Shown here in pieces: positions 1-12,500 of a DNA stretch of 64,000 nucleotides. Below the pieces are notes generated by a model, which saw nothing but the letters and a program-made list of their open reading frames with translations, was not told the DNA's origin and searched no databases. Origin of the DNA: Amphiscolops sp. MND2022 (taxonomy: Eukaryota); NCBI GenBank assembly GCA_964187785.1, contig OZ076409.1, positions 17,858,001-17,922,000 of the forward strand, in the 5' to 3' direction. Each line of letters opens with the position of its first letter. Position 1 is the stretch's first letter. Position numbers and translations under genes: made by a program.

Positions 1-1351
1 CCTGAAACAGCTTTCTATTCAAATGTAATGTTTTTAGTGGGCCATTAACCAAGAAAAGGGGACCCTCCCTCTATGTTCGCAAAAGTTGTTTTTCTGTTGA
101 AATTTTCTAAAGGAGGACTCTTTTGTAAGATGGGAAATTGGGGCCTGTTCTGGATTTCACTAACATATCTATCTAATGGACAAAAATGCGTGCACCGGAA
201 TCCACTGCTTTTCACTGCCAACTGAGTTGAACCAATCGCGTCAGCTTATTTCAAAAGGTGGAATCAACTGCGACGCGACAGCATTCGTCAGTGAATTACG
301 CTGCACGATTTCCAAAACTGCGGTCCACTGAATTCCACTGCAGATATCCAAAATACCCACTTTGGCACTGTAATGGATATTATTGGATAGAAAGAAGGGA
401 TTTTTTTTAATTACTTTTTTGAACCCTAGAAGTCTCCTAAGAAAATCAAAACAAATAAGGAGAACGATAATAAACCATATAAAATTTTATAATCGATTGC
501 TCACTTTCTTTTATATTTTGATAAATTGTTGAAGAAATGGCGGAGATGATGTTGTTGATCAATATAGTCAATATTTGTAACGTCAAGCTAGTGGTGTACA
601 TACTAGAGCTGGGGTAATGCCTGGGTTGCCTTGACAGGAGACCATGGTCTTACTACAACGCTACACATCAGTTTTTGTCCCAAAAAGGGTCTCCTAGGGT
701 GACTTCTCAAATGTCAAGGAGCCTTCTCAGTTAGAGCTCCGTGGCGACATGCCGACACTCTCAAATTCCGGACAGTCCCACAAGCATGTAAAAACAAATC
801 CGAAGGTTCCTGCGTCTTCCTACATACTTCCTTGGTCCAAAAAAACGGCAATCAATTGAAACGCACTTTATTGACGAAATATGGTATAAATAGGGACCTA
901 GCCGGTCAAATATTGCCATATCTCTAAAGTTCTGCAATAACAAGGTAGAATAAACACAAAAATAGCATATGGAACCAAAATTCAGCGAACTTCGTATTTT
1001 GGACATAGTCTGTATAAAAGTTGTGAATCCTTCCCGGCACTTTTCGGCATTCTTCTGGGGAATTCCTTCTGACTGGAATGTTCTTCTTTGATACACTGTC
1101 ACGGGTGTCTTCTGAGCTTTTTCCGTTTTTTTTAAATTCGTCAACGCTCTATCGTTTGAGGCGTGTGTCTTTCTTTACCGTCTTCTCGACTGATTTTCAG
1201 GTATGCTGAGCATGTCATACTTCGGATTTTTGAAAGTTCGAACATGTCCACCAAATGTACGGTGGAAATGTTGCAAATGCACCCAACACATAAGTGTCCC
1301 AAAAAAATCTACTATTATTGCATTACTCTGCCAACTGTCATGACTATTAAT

Positions 1352-1884
1352 AACAAGCCGAGAACGGCCAAAGTCGGCGCCATATCTAAGGCTCAAAGTT
1401 TAAAAGGGGGACCCTTCGGACTTTGTGAAACTCCAGCTGGTTGCAAAAAATTTGAAAAAAAATTGAAGAGGGGACCCTTTGGAGACATGAAAAAATTTCC
1501 CAAAAAAAATTTTTAATGAGATTTTTGAACAGTGTCACAGTGCCGAAAAATGTAAAAGGGGGGACCCTTTGCGATTTTTTGACATCCATTGTGTTGCAAA
1601 ATATCGAAACAAATGAAGGGGGACCCTCTGGTGCAATCCAAAAAACTTCAAAAAAAGTGCTGAAAAAAAGTGGGGCTAAGGTGTGTTTTCGAGGTTGTGG
1701 ACGTCTGTTTTGTTTTTTCTTTTCGTTTTGGACGCGCTTCTGAGGTTGGAGTTGTTGAGGTTTGAAGTTGTTGAAGTTTGAGGTTGTTGAACAAATGAAC
1801 AAAAAAGTGGACCTTTCGTGTCTAAAAAAAACTACCCACTGTAATAGTCGGGCACATTTTCTACTAAAATGCGCCGACTAAAAA
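1352..1884 (-). mobile_element. Helentron-associated (HINE/DINE-like) non-autonomous element
   Basis: Minus strand: T-run, subTIR AGTCGGCGC with nearby partial IR; other end GCGCCGACT plus hairpin GCCG-TTCT-CGGC plus TTGTT. Confidence 0.7.
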
Positions 1885-2158
1885 TGAAACAGCTCCACTT
1901 ACGAAAAAAATGATGCAACCAAAATTGACATTATTTGAAACTTGCAAATAAACCTTGTGAGAGCGAGGTTGTGTAATCCTGTTTGAGTCGCTTTTGATGA
2001 GAGAACAATGATCAGACCTTAGCATCGGTTGTAAGAATTTTTGTTGCTTCCAAAGGATGATAATTATTGCGCGTTAACCTTAGCGACTCAAACCCGTTAG
2101 GTAGCAAAAGATCTACAACCTTTGTTTTAGGGGAATACATATGAAAACATGGACGTAC

Positions 2159-2364
2159 CTTAGGATTGGTAGGGGGTGCTGGTTTGGTGTAAGCAATCAG
2201 CACTGTCTCTGCGGTGTAAGGGATGCCAGCAACTCCAGGCGTGCAAGCAGCGGTCGTCTTCAATGTGATGGTGTACGTCGACGAAGCGGTCAGCCCAGTG
2301 AAGCTATGCGCAGTTGTTGAAGTTGGTTGTGCATATGTCTGGGTACCGTATTTGATCTCATGCG
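2159..2364 (-). CDS. Host FN3-repeat protein exon (gene probably continues beyond the window)
   Basis: cttag|..|gtacgt, phase 1-0; FTGLTASSTYTITLK..YTKPAPPTNPK. Confidence 0.85.
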
Positions 2365-3170
2365 CTAAGGAAGCAAAAGTTCAAGAAACATGAAAACCAA
2401 AAAGCGACGATATATAAATGCTGACCCTAATAACTTTGGTACTTGATAAGGTACGTTTGATAAGGTATCAAGTTGAGAATCCGCCTCGTCAACCTTTGAT
2501 AGGCTGACTGTTTACTAGATATAATTTGGGGTGCTTATTACGAAAAGATCTGAAGTTTTGACAGGATATTCTTTCATTCGGTCTCAACTGTAGTTTTTAA
2601 CTTATAAATATCAAGTATACGAAAATGCAACATGGGAATGGTGTCCAATTCCACAAAAAAACACTGAGATCTTGAAGTGAGGAAGTAAAACCAGCATATA
2701 GATAATGTGCGAAGCTGAATTACTACACGAGTCAAAAGTTCTGCAGTTCACACTAAGAATTTTCTCCGTTTTTGACTATGATGAGCATATTTTCCAAAGG
2801 TTAAAACAATATTGCTTGACTTTGATACAGTTTCATTATCGACATAATATAGAGACATTTTCATTTTTTGATACAAGCATACATGAATTAGTTTTTCCTC
2901 TTACCCGTTTCTCTGGTTCTATCCGGGATAAAAAATGTTTTTTGTAACTCCTTGGGGTGTACCAAGCTATTGTTCTATATTTGTAACCAAGTATCCAAGT
3001 GATGGTCAACTTGAATCTGTTCTTTCAAAGTGATTTTCTAAGATTAAAATGATTTTACTGTTTGTGTTGACTTCTGTTGGAGTATTTCACTGCCGATTAA
3101 TGATGAATAAAAACACTGCTTGCAGAAATTAAAAAAACCAATGAACTTTGATAAGACTGAAAATACGTAC

Positions 3171-3341
3171 CTGTGTAGGTATCTGTGAGTGTAAACGAGA
3201 CGTCGATAGATACGTCGGTTTGAGCAGAGACCTGCAAGTTGGTAGCTTCTTTTGGTTGTGTGCATTGTTTCACCGCAGTAGTCGTCATGGGACCGGCTGT
3301 CCCAGCATATACGGATTGAGCTTTGTACTGGTAGACTGTTC
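3171..3341 (-). CDS. Host FN3-repeat protein exon
   Basis: tttag|..|gtacgt, phase 1-1; GTVYQYKAQS..QCTQPKEATNLQVS. Confidence 0.85.
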
Positions 3342-5800
3342 CTAAATAAGCCATTGAATCGTTAAGAAAGAAAGTCAACATGCTCAGTGAGAGTCAGCAC
3401 AAAAAATTGGATATAGGAAGATTTGATTGAAATCATGAAACAAGACGGAAACGTCTGAAGTTTGTATCCCTTTCCGTGCTCAAAAAACCATTTCCGTGCT
3501 CAAAAAACCTTTTCCGTGCTCAATAATTTTTAAATTATGCTAAGGGATTTTTCCATGAAATTCTCACGTATGTAAGAATGCCGAAAATGAACTAAAGGAA
3601 TCTTTCGTGCGCGACCAAGGCATTTCTCCACCAGGAAAAATCAAGATAAGAAGATAGGGTGTGTTTTTCGAAAAAAAAATTGGAAAAAGTTGCATAGTGC
3701 TGAAAAATCTGAAAAGAGACCTTTTACGCTCTTGAAACGCATTACCCCAACTTTGGTGGAGAAGTAAAGACCTCGAAAAATGCACACTGCCAAAAGCCTT
3801 AAAAGGGGCATTTTGGTCTGATATCAATTCTAGGATACTATGAAATACTATCCAAAAGGAATTGGGAGTACAACTACGCCTTTTTGTGTACCCTTTAAAA
3901 AATTCGGCGTCATTCAGTTTGAGGTCTGTGGTGTGAACAAAGAATAGTCACTATAATAGTCCCGCACTTTTCTTAACGTAAAGCGCCGATCAAAAACACG
4001 CACTTATGGAAAAAAAAACAACATCAAACTTCCGAAATAGCAGAAAATACCAATAGATGTGAGGCATTTTACTTCGAAAAGTGTGGCGATGAAAAGTTAG
4101 CGTAAGTTTTCAACAAGACGAGAACGTTTTTAGAAAATGCTATAAAGCTGTTTTTGAATGCCTTGAAAAATATCACTTGGCCAATAACCACCTTCAAAGC
4201 ATATGTAACGTCACCTTCTAATATTCAGTCAATGATGCGATAATTGGAACATGTTACAGTAACTTGGTTAACAATTATAATTTGTCGTTTGACGTGGCAT
4301 TCAGCATGTGATTGCTCTTTTCCCATTTCTGTGGAATTGGCCGGTTTTTTAAAAAAGACCGAGCGAGAGCATAGAGCACGTGAAAGCAAGCAAAAACCGC
4401 AAAATGAGTCTTTTTGCTTGAAGATCCGTATTTGGTAATTAGAGCCCACCGTTTCAATGTCTAATTGTATGTATTTTGACTGTTTGTAGCCGTGTTTTCC
4501 AGCTCGAAAGCTACTTTTGACGATTTTGGATGTTATTCTCAATGTCACCCTGGAAAAGGAAATTTACCTTATTCTTGGGATAGTTTTTATTTGCTCATTA
4601 GACGGTGGTCTTTAGAGGGTCAGGAAGATACCCGTTACTATTAGCAATGAAAAAACAGGACCGGTTGCTAAGTATTCTGACGAAACAGGACCCGCTCACG
4701 GCCTCCATTTCACGCGGGAGGCAAAGTGGACTTGCGGCGATGAGCGCCTGTTCCGATACACCCATTCAACAGGATCCTCCACCTTTCGTAGTGTGTTAGG
4801 CGACCTATCACTGCTTGCCGTTACATCATCTTTACTTCAATTACTTCAGGAACCTTCTCCCGAAAGCACGGGAGCAAACTTTTTGACATTTGTACCGAAT
4901 AACGCTCGGAAGCGACTAATCAGTGCAAAACTTATTGAAAAGTATCCAAAATTTTCGAAAAAAAATATTGTGGTATTCTCGATTTGATCAGTCTCTCAAA
5001 CTGCTGCAACTGACGATAAAGTGATAATATATACTGAAGTTTTGTGGAAAAAATCATGCTCTATTCTCAATCAATCTGGATACAAGACCAAAAATACATT
5101 AAAGTAACTTGCAAGCTTTGGTTTTGTATCGACTTTTTCCGTGAAACATGTCATCAGACCAATCCTGTGACGATTTTTTCAAATTTCATGTAAAGTATCA
5201 TTGCATATAAAAGGACTATGGCCAATCTTCAGACAGTGCCACTGTGATATTTTTCGTTAACTAATAAATAGAGAAATGTCCAAAGGGAACCTTTCAGGGT
5301 ACACAAAAGACTACTCTTGATAGTTGACATAAAAACTGATATTGTATTATTTCCTAGGTGTGACCTTTAGGATAACCTGAAAACATTTAAAAAACAGAAG
5401 CAGCGAACTTCCAGTCAAAGAAAAACTTCGTAAAAATTGTTGAAAAAAAAACTAAAATCCATGGGTTTTCTCCACACTTATTGAGCAGCTCTCCCTCAAG
5501 ACAAAACATAATGCAAGAGGTCACCCGTAGGACTCAGAAAAAAGGTTTGTTTTATTAGAAACCGCCCAAAAAGACAAATTGGTGATAGAGGTTCAAGGCA
5601 TTTTTATTGTTTTTTAACCTCTAAAAACAAAAATTTGATTAAAAAAAGTTTCTCAGTGAGTCACAGAGTGCTGAAACTCCCTGAGGTGAAACTCTATACT
5701 CGCTAAGCTCTTTCTTTCTACGAATAACTGAGGGGTCTCTTCGGTTTTGCCAACAGACCAAATGGCATATGGATTTATAGAAGTTATAGAAGTGAAATTA

Positions 5801-6214
5801 AACAAACCGGGAACGGCATAAGTCAGCTCCATAAGGCTCAAAAATAGCAAAAGGACTTCAAAGTGTCAAATATTTTTTCACAGTACCCGGAAAGCCCAAA
5901 AGTTGGACCGAATTGGCGCGCTAAAACCTTTTGTATTTTCAACATTCATTGTTCCAGAACATCAAGAAATTGAAGGGGACCCTCCGAGGAAAAGTTTTGT
6001 TTCGAAAAAGTACCACAATGCCAAAAAACTGAAAGGGGGACCCTTTAGTCTCGCGCGGTACTGTATGTTACACGGAAAAACAGAAAAAAATTTTTTGGTT
6101 CAGTTCGCTAGGCCAAATTTTTCAATATGACACAATTAAATAGCACTGATTTGGTTAGTTCGTGTGGATTTAAAAAATGTCGCGTTTCACTTCATGAAGC
6201 GCCGACTAAAAAAA
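5801..6214 (-). mobile_element. HINE-like element copy
   Basis: Same termini (AACAAACCGGGAACGGC..AAGTC; GCGCCGACTAAAA). Confidence 0.65.
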
Positions 6215-6438
6215 CCATGCATGAAGACAATTTTATAAACTACTCTAGAGAGTTCATAGGAAGAACGAACCAAAATGTGTTATCAAATATGATGATACTA
6301 AAGCTGATTATACAAAATATTGATACGAGTTCATTGATTTTCTTAGGCTGAAAAAAGTCATTTAGTTTTGCTATTGATGCATTCTCTTAAATGCCGTTTC
6401 CAGATTTCTATAGTTGGGATATGCGTCGAAAAGCCAAC

Positions 6439-7220
6439 CTGGTGTTAGTCCTGTGTGGAAGTAAGTAGCTCCGTTCAAAAGACCAGAAGTGATGAGCGAG
6501 TCGTTTTCATCGAACAAAGAGATTGTTTCCACCTCCTCGGTGCTCGAAACTTCTACATTGATTTGAGTGGACGAATGGGAATATGCAGTGATGGTGGGAG
6601 CACTTGCCGAGGTATAAATATCCATGAACCCCTTCGGACCATCTAACGTTGCTGATGGATCAGCACAAGTGTATGTTGCATAAACTTCGATCGTGTAAAA
6701 GGAAGAAGCGTCCAGGTCGTTTTTAGTGAAAGAAGCCGTAGGAGTGTCTGAGTAAGAAGAAGTTCCCGTACCGACTTTGTATTTGTAACCTGTGACACCT
6801 CCTGACGGGGCATCCCATTGCACTGTGACGTCACCGGGAGCGTTGTTTGTGTATCGCAGGTTTCCTACTGGCCCCGGAAGAGTACAAACGTTAATGGGAG
6901 TTTTTGTGATTCTACATTTTTCGTCGGACTGTTGCGAGACTAAGTAAGAAACTTCATAAGTGTATGCGGTTCCATATTCAAGACTCGCATCATTGTCGAT
7001 GTATATTTGATTCTTCAGGTCGTTATTGATTGTAGTGGTGCCTCGTTTGACGGTGTAAGTGTTAGAAGCACTGTAAGCACTCAATTCCAGTTGAATCTCT
7101 TTGCCGCTCAACGCCGTGGCAGTTACAGTTATGTCTGAGGGTGAATTGAACAGAGTCAGTGACGCAACACTTGACGCATACACTTTGTCAACTGTCGCCC
7201 CAGTGCAGGTGAGGTATGGA
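6439..7220 (-). CDS. Host FN3-repeat protein exon (about 2.7 repeats)
   Basis: ttcag|..|gttggc, phase 2-1; LEYGTAYTYEV, VTVQWDAPSGGVTGYKY, LDASSFYTIEV, TGLTP. Confidence 0.88.
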
Positions 7221-7370
7221 CTGAAAAAATTTTTAATGTGTTAGTTTTTTAATGTCTTTAAAAAGCATCCAACTAAAGGTGGCATATGATCAGCACATTG
7301 AAATATGGTAGTATCATACGGAGCTATATGTTTTCATGTATCGAATTCTAGGAGACTCCATGATGCCTTG

Positions 7371-7638
7371 TGTACTGACCTACATTAATAACCAATAGTA
7401 TTTAGATGTTTATAGAATGTTCTAGAATGTACATTTATTTGTTATTGAATGATTGTAAATCTCTACTCCTTCAGAGAGAGAAAACTAATAATCAGTATTC
7501 AGTTGACTTCCCTTTTGTTCTACTCCTAACACCTCGGAATAGTTGTAATAAAGTAAGCTAGCTAGCCTGTCTCTCAGCCGCTTTTAGTAGTTGCGTATAA
7601 GACCATAAAAACAATAACCAACCATTAAAAGCAGCACA
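7371..7638 (+). repeat. 5' LTR of the giant gypsy element
   Basis: TGTACTGACC...GCAGCACA; matches 25560-25827 except one T/C; AATAAA at 7547-7552. Confidence 0.97.
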
Positions 7639-7641
7639 ATT

Positions 7642-7653
7642 TGGTGCGACTTG
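7642..7653 (+). promoter_or_regulatory. Putative primer-binding site (tRNA not identified)
   Basis: TGGTGCGACTTG 3 nt after the 5' LTR; TGG is complementary to tRNA CCA. Confidence 0.7.
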
Positions 7654-7881
7654 TAAAATTTTTCTTTTGTCTTTTCTCCTGGATGATTTCTCTTCTCTCA
7701 ACAATCATACAAATACCACTCTCCATATTTGAAATTCTCTGGAATTGCAGTGAAATCTTTCTAGAATTTCTTGAAAGTTTGGTCTGTGACTTTCTAAATT
7801 TCATTAACAAATACATCATCGTTCGAAACACAATTTCTCCACTACAACAATCAACTTTAATATAACAAAATTTCTTCAATA

Positions 7882-8211
7882 CTGGTTTATCACGTTTTCT
7901 AACACGTTGACACGGTTCTTTTTCCTGTTCTTCTAGCCATACCGGTTTATCACGTTTTCTAATACGTTGAAACGGTTTCATTTCAGACTGATTTATCCAT
8001 TGTGACACAGTTCTGTTTTTCTTCTTTTTCCAGACTGATTTATCCAAAGTGACACAGTTCTGTTCTCCATACTGATTTATCACAGCTAATCCGGAAGCTT
8101 GTTGAAACAGTTCTTTGATGTTTGTCTGGTTTATCAAGGTTTTCTAACACCTTTGACACAGCAACATTTGTCTGGTTTATCAAGGTTTTCTAACACCTTT
8201 GACACAGCAAC
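7882..8211 (+). repeat. Seven-unit degenerate repeat array in the element leader
   Basis: CYGRTTTATC...TGAMACRG units, with TTTATC at 7886, 7946, 7992, 8039, 8076, 8130 and 8176; the last two units are an exact 45-bp duplication. Confidence 0.85.
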
Positions 8212-8580
8212 TTTCTTCAATCCTGCTATCTTGAACGTCAGGTGGACTCCTGGTGTAATAGTTGACTGAGTGCATGTCCAACTCCGTTCACCTATAAGCA
8301 CATACGTCTCAAGATCAACTTCGTGTTGGCAGAAAACCTGGATTTTCTACTTTTACGTTTCGGATCCCCTTTCTACAAAATTTCCTATAAAAAAATTTCA
8401 GAAATAGACTCTGAAAACAAAAAAAGGCAACCAAGACTAACTACCAAAAACAACCACGCACTATTCCCTTTCTTTTCCTAAATTCACAAAACTTAAATAA
8501 TACACATAACTCCAAAAATGTTTTCACCAATCAACAAAAAGAACAAAAACAAATAAACTCAAACTTCCCTAAAGTACTTC

Positions 8581-8613
<33 letters not shown>
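8581..8613. repeat. (TAA)n microsatellite
   Basis: 11 TAA units. Confidence 0.95.
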
Positions 8614-8614
<1 letters not shown>

Positions 8615-9235
8615 TTTAACATAAACCTATAAAACCATTATTTTAACAAAATATAGCATACAATTTTCACAACTCTTTTGATTTAAAACTTAAAATAAGG
8701 CATGTAAATAAAACAAACAAAGCAAAGTTAATTTTCTACTTTCAGGAACCCACAATTCCTATCCCCTCCCGTAAGACTTAGCCAATCAGATAGCCTCACC
8801 AGCGTACTCTGATTCTAAGACTGACTAAAAACCTTAGTTAAGTGTAAACGTCTTTAAGGAGAATCGAGAGGACACCGAACTACGTTCGAATCTTCAAAAT
8901 TCTCAAGAAGTAAAAGTAAAAGTAAAAGAAACAAAGATCAAATTTTGATCTTGATCAGTATTGATAGAACTTTAGATAGTGGACGTTGATTGTTCAGAGT
9001 TCCACTCCTTTAGTCTTAAAACACACAACTCACTTAAAATTAAAACAATCTTAGTTTTTCTGGACGTGTCAGTAACCTTATGTTAGACACCTTAAAGTGA
9101 TCCAGACTTAAAATAACATTTAGTTTCTGTTAGCAATCCTTTGAGGTTGAATACAGATCCTACTGCACCCGCTTATTTCTTCTCTATCCCAAAATATTAA
9201 CTTCTCAAATAACTTCAAATTACAATACAACTTAT

Positions 9236-9400
9236 ATGAACCCAAACCAAGAAATTTATCCTTTCAACTTTTACATTCCACCAGTTAGCTCACTTCAAAA
9301 CCCTACACCAAACGATTTTGAAAGATTAATTGAACGATATCAACGATATTTCTTCTTTATCATAAATCAACAAAGAAATTACCCAAGAGCTCGAACTTAA
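9236..9400 (+). CDS. Small upstream ORF 1 (54 aa) of the giant element
   Basis: ATG..TAA, MNPNQEIYPFNFYIPPVSS...RART; A/C-rich like the element's main ORFs. Confidence 0.35.
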   Translation: MNPNQEIYPFNFYIPPVSSLQNPTPNDFERLIERYQRYFFFIINQQRNYPRART

Positions 9401-9448
9401 AAAATCTTTATACAAGACATTTCAACGTTATAACCTTCACATTATAAC

Positions 9449-9562
9449 ATGTGGGAAAAGGTTACCACAGTAGTACTCATTACAACATACACGTTTTGTG
9501 TCTTATTTATAGTTTGTGTTCTTCTTGAAAAAATCCTTACAGTGATAAGAGATAAACTTTAA
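9449..9562 (+). CDS. Small upstream ORF 2 (37 aa), single hydrophobic/TM segment
   Basis: MWEKVTTVVLITTYTFCVLFIVCVLLEKILTVIRDKL; stop lies 2 nt before the gag ATG. Confidence 0.45.
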   Translation: MWEKVTTVVLITTYTFCVLFIVCVLLEKILTVIRDKL

Positions 9563-9564
9563 AA

Positions 9565-12500
9565 ATGTCCTCAACGACAACCCCTCTACCTTTCCAAACT
9601 CCCGCCATTAAAAATGCAAAAGTTGTAAAATTAGAACTAAACCCATTTCTACAAAACATTCTTTCACATTATACACAACCACTCCCATTTGAAAATGAAC
9701 CACACACAATTGAAACAATCCCTCTTATCAGAGAACATTTGGACACATACCTTTTCTATATTAGATATAAAGTTTTAACAATCACCGAAGAATACCCAAC
9801 TTTTCAAATATCCTTTCCTCAACAAAAATTTAACTCATCTCATATATACAGAAGAACAATAAACCCAATAAACCTTCAAGTTCCTATTAAACAAGTCTTT
9901 CATGCTTTTCTATATAATGTAAAAGACCACAATTTAGCACACGAATTTCCAAAATATAGTCCAAATGCACTCGACGATCTTCAACGATACATAGACAATT
10001 TCGACGTAGAAATTATTGAAACATTGGTTAATCCTGAAGACAATCCTCATCATTGGTTACAAACTGATATATTACAAATTCAAAATTTCATCTACCACTA
10101 CTTCAAAGACCTAACATTAAATGACCAAACAATTCCTCAGATCAAAGTAATATCTTTATTTCTCAGAAAATATTTCAGATTTAATTATCAATTATTATGG
10201 TCTCAACAAGATCAACCTGCTTTTACAGAATTCCCAGATCAATTTACATCAGAAGAATGTTTACCATTCATCATCAGTGAACAAAATGAACACCCTTATT
10301 TTCATAAACCACAATTAATTACAAAACAAACCTTAGATTACATACGTTTCGATCCTCTATTAATTACAGAAAATGATCTATTCCCAGATAATAGACCTTA
10401 CCACTATCAACAAAATTCTCAAGATCAACAAAATTTACATTTTAACACTAACAATTCTACTGAAGATGATAACACCGATCAAGAAAATACAACCCAACAA
10501 CAAAATCAACCTGAAAACTATAACGATAATGAGTTTACTACCCAAGAATCTACAATCTCAACATATAATCCATCAAAAACAGGGACATCAACATCAGTAC
10601 ATACTCACTCCCTTAGAGTTCCAACTAGAGTTATAAATCAAGGACAAAATGTACATAGTCCTCAATCTCATTTAGATACATCTCCAAACCGTAATATAAC
10701 TTTTAACCTTCCACATACAGATGACATAAACGATGAAACCCATGATACATTACAATATACATCTAGTACTCAGAATACTTCTGCTAATGTTGCATCTCCA
10801 ACAAGAACTACCTCTGATTCTACAAGATACATAACTCGACCTAGATATGATCCTCCATCAATTCCCTCCGCCTTTCGCTCAAACCGATCAACCATTTCTA
10901 GTAACAATTTTAATGATAATCCTCAAACTTCTAACCGATATTACGATCCATTTAATTATAACTTTTATCCTCCATCAAACACAACTACCACTACAAATAT
11001 AAGCCAAAACCACTCTCAAATTAATACAATTTCAACAACACAAAATCCCTTCATACAATTATCAAATACCAATACGTCCCAAAATATAAATTCTCAAAAT
11101 CGAGGAACCTCGTGTAATTCCATTTCTTATTCTAATATTACACAGAATTCTCAAAGAAGACTTCATAATCCTCCACTCACACATATACCAACTGATCCTC
11201 TGTATCAAACGCATTCAAATCCAAATCCTAACCCTAATCCTAACCCATTACCATCAAATACAATCCAACATATACCTCCACCACTCACACAACAATTAGC
11301 TCCGCCACCCCAATATTTCCCAATGCCGCAAGATACCTTTATAAACATGTCCGCTTCAATACCAGAACCTATGAAACCTTTTGATGGTTTGGACCATTCT
11401 TACACCCCCGAAGAATATCTACAACAAGTCGAAGCGAGATTAACCTTCGCCATAGGTGAAGAACCTCAAAATAATCCTATAAAATACAAATCTTGGCATA
11501 ATAGACGCATGGCTTACATACAATGTTCATTAATAGGAACAGCTCTCGATTGGTACACTAACCTCCATATATCATATAAACAACAATGGAATTCCTTTGT
11601 ACAACTATTCAAAAAACAATTCTCATCTCAAAAAACTGCTTACTACGCTCAAGTAGAAGCTATGTCACTCATGAAAAAGGATAATGAAACAGTTCGCCAC
11701 TTTGCCCTTAGAGTACAACAATTAGTTAAAAAGGGATGGTGTAATGAAAATGCAGCTACCATAAATCTCAAAAATAACGAAATCTTTACAAAAGGGTTAC
11801 CAAAGAAATTAAAAGATTTTGCCCATAAACGACAAGTTAAACATGTATCAACATTACTTGAACCTTCAATACCATTTCATACACTTGTTAGACATGTCGA
11901 TTCAGAAGATATTGCTAATGAAAAAATCAGAACTAACGACTTAGCCTTAGAAATAAACAAAGTATCGCTTGAAGAAGATACTAACAAAAAAGAATTTGAA
12001 TACGAAGATCAGATAATGGTTACTCAAACTGGAGACCCAAATAACAAAAGCAAACCAGCGTATAGAAAATATTGTTCCTATTGTCATAAAAATAATCATA
12101 GTTTTTCAAATTGTTATCAAAAACAACGTGATGACGAATACCAGAAATACAATAACCAAAGATCACGAACTCCTCAACAATCCTTTGTACAATATTTCCG
12201 TAGTAAACCTAATAATCCTCAGGAAAATCGAAATGAAAATACTATCTCTTATTCCTCAGATAATGATCGTAATAAATACAATCAAAACTACTATAATGAT
12301 AGATACAGAAACAATGATAGATATCGTAGCAATAGTAGAGAATATTCGCAAAACAACTATAGATCAAACTCTCGACAAAGATATCATAATCGATCCCGAA
12401 GTCCGTATAGATCTCGATTTGATAATTATTATCAAAGAAGAACTCCATCTAGATCTCCATATAGATCTTCATACAGAAATAACTCAAATTACAGATATAA

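Noticed and set aside
2012..2158. Track ORF extensions past host splice donors (also 6371-6438, 57918-58156, 48143-48279)
   Set aside because: FN3 similarity ends at GT donors; the extensions are intronic read-through
7625..8137. 170-aa antisense ORF in the element leader
   Set aside because: TTG start; derived from the repeat array, whose 46-nt period breaks frame; no recognisable domain
7882..8211. CRISPR-like repeat-spacer appearance
   Set aside because: Units are degenerate and irregular, lie inside a eukaryotic retroelement, and there are no cas genes
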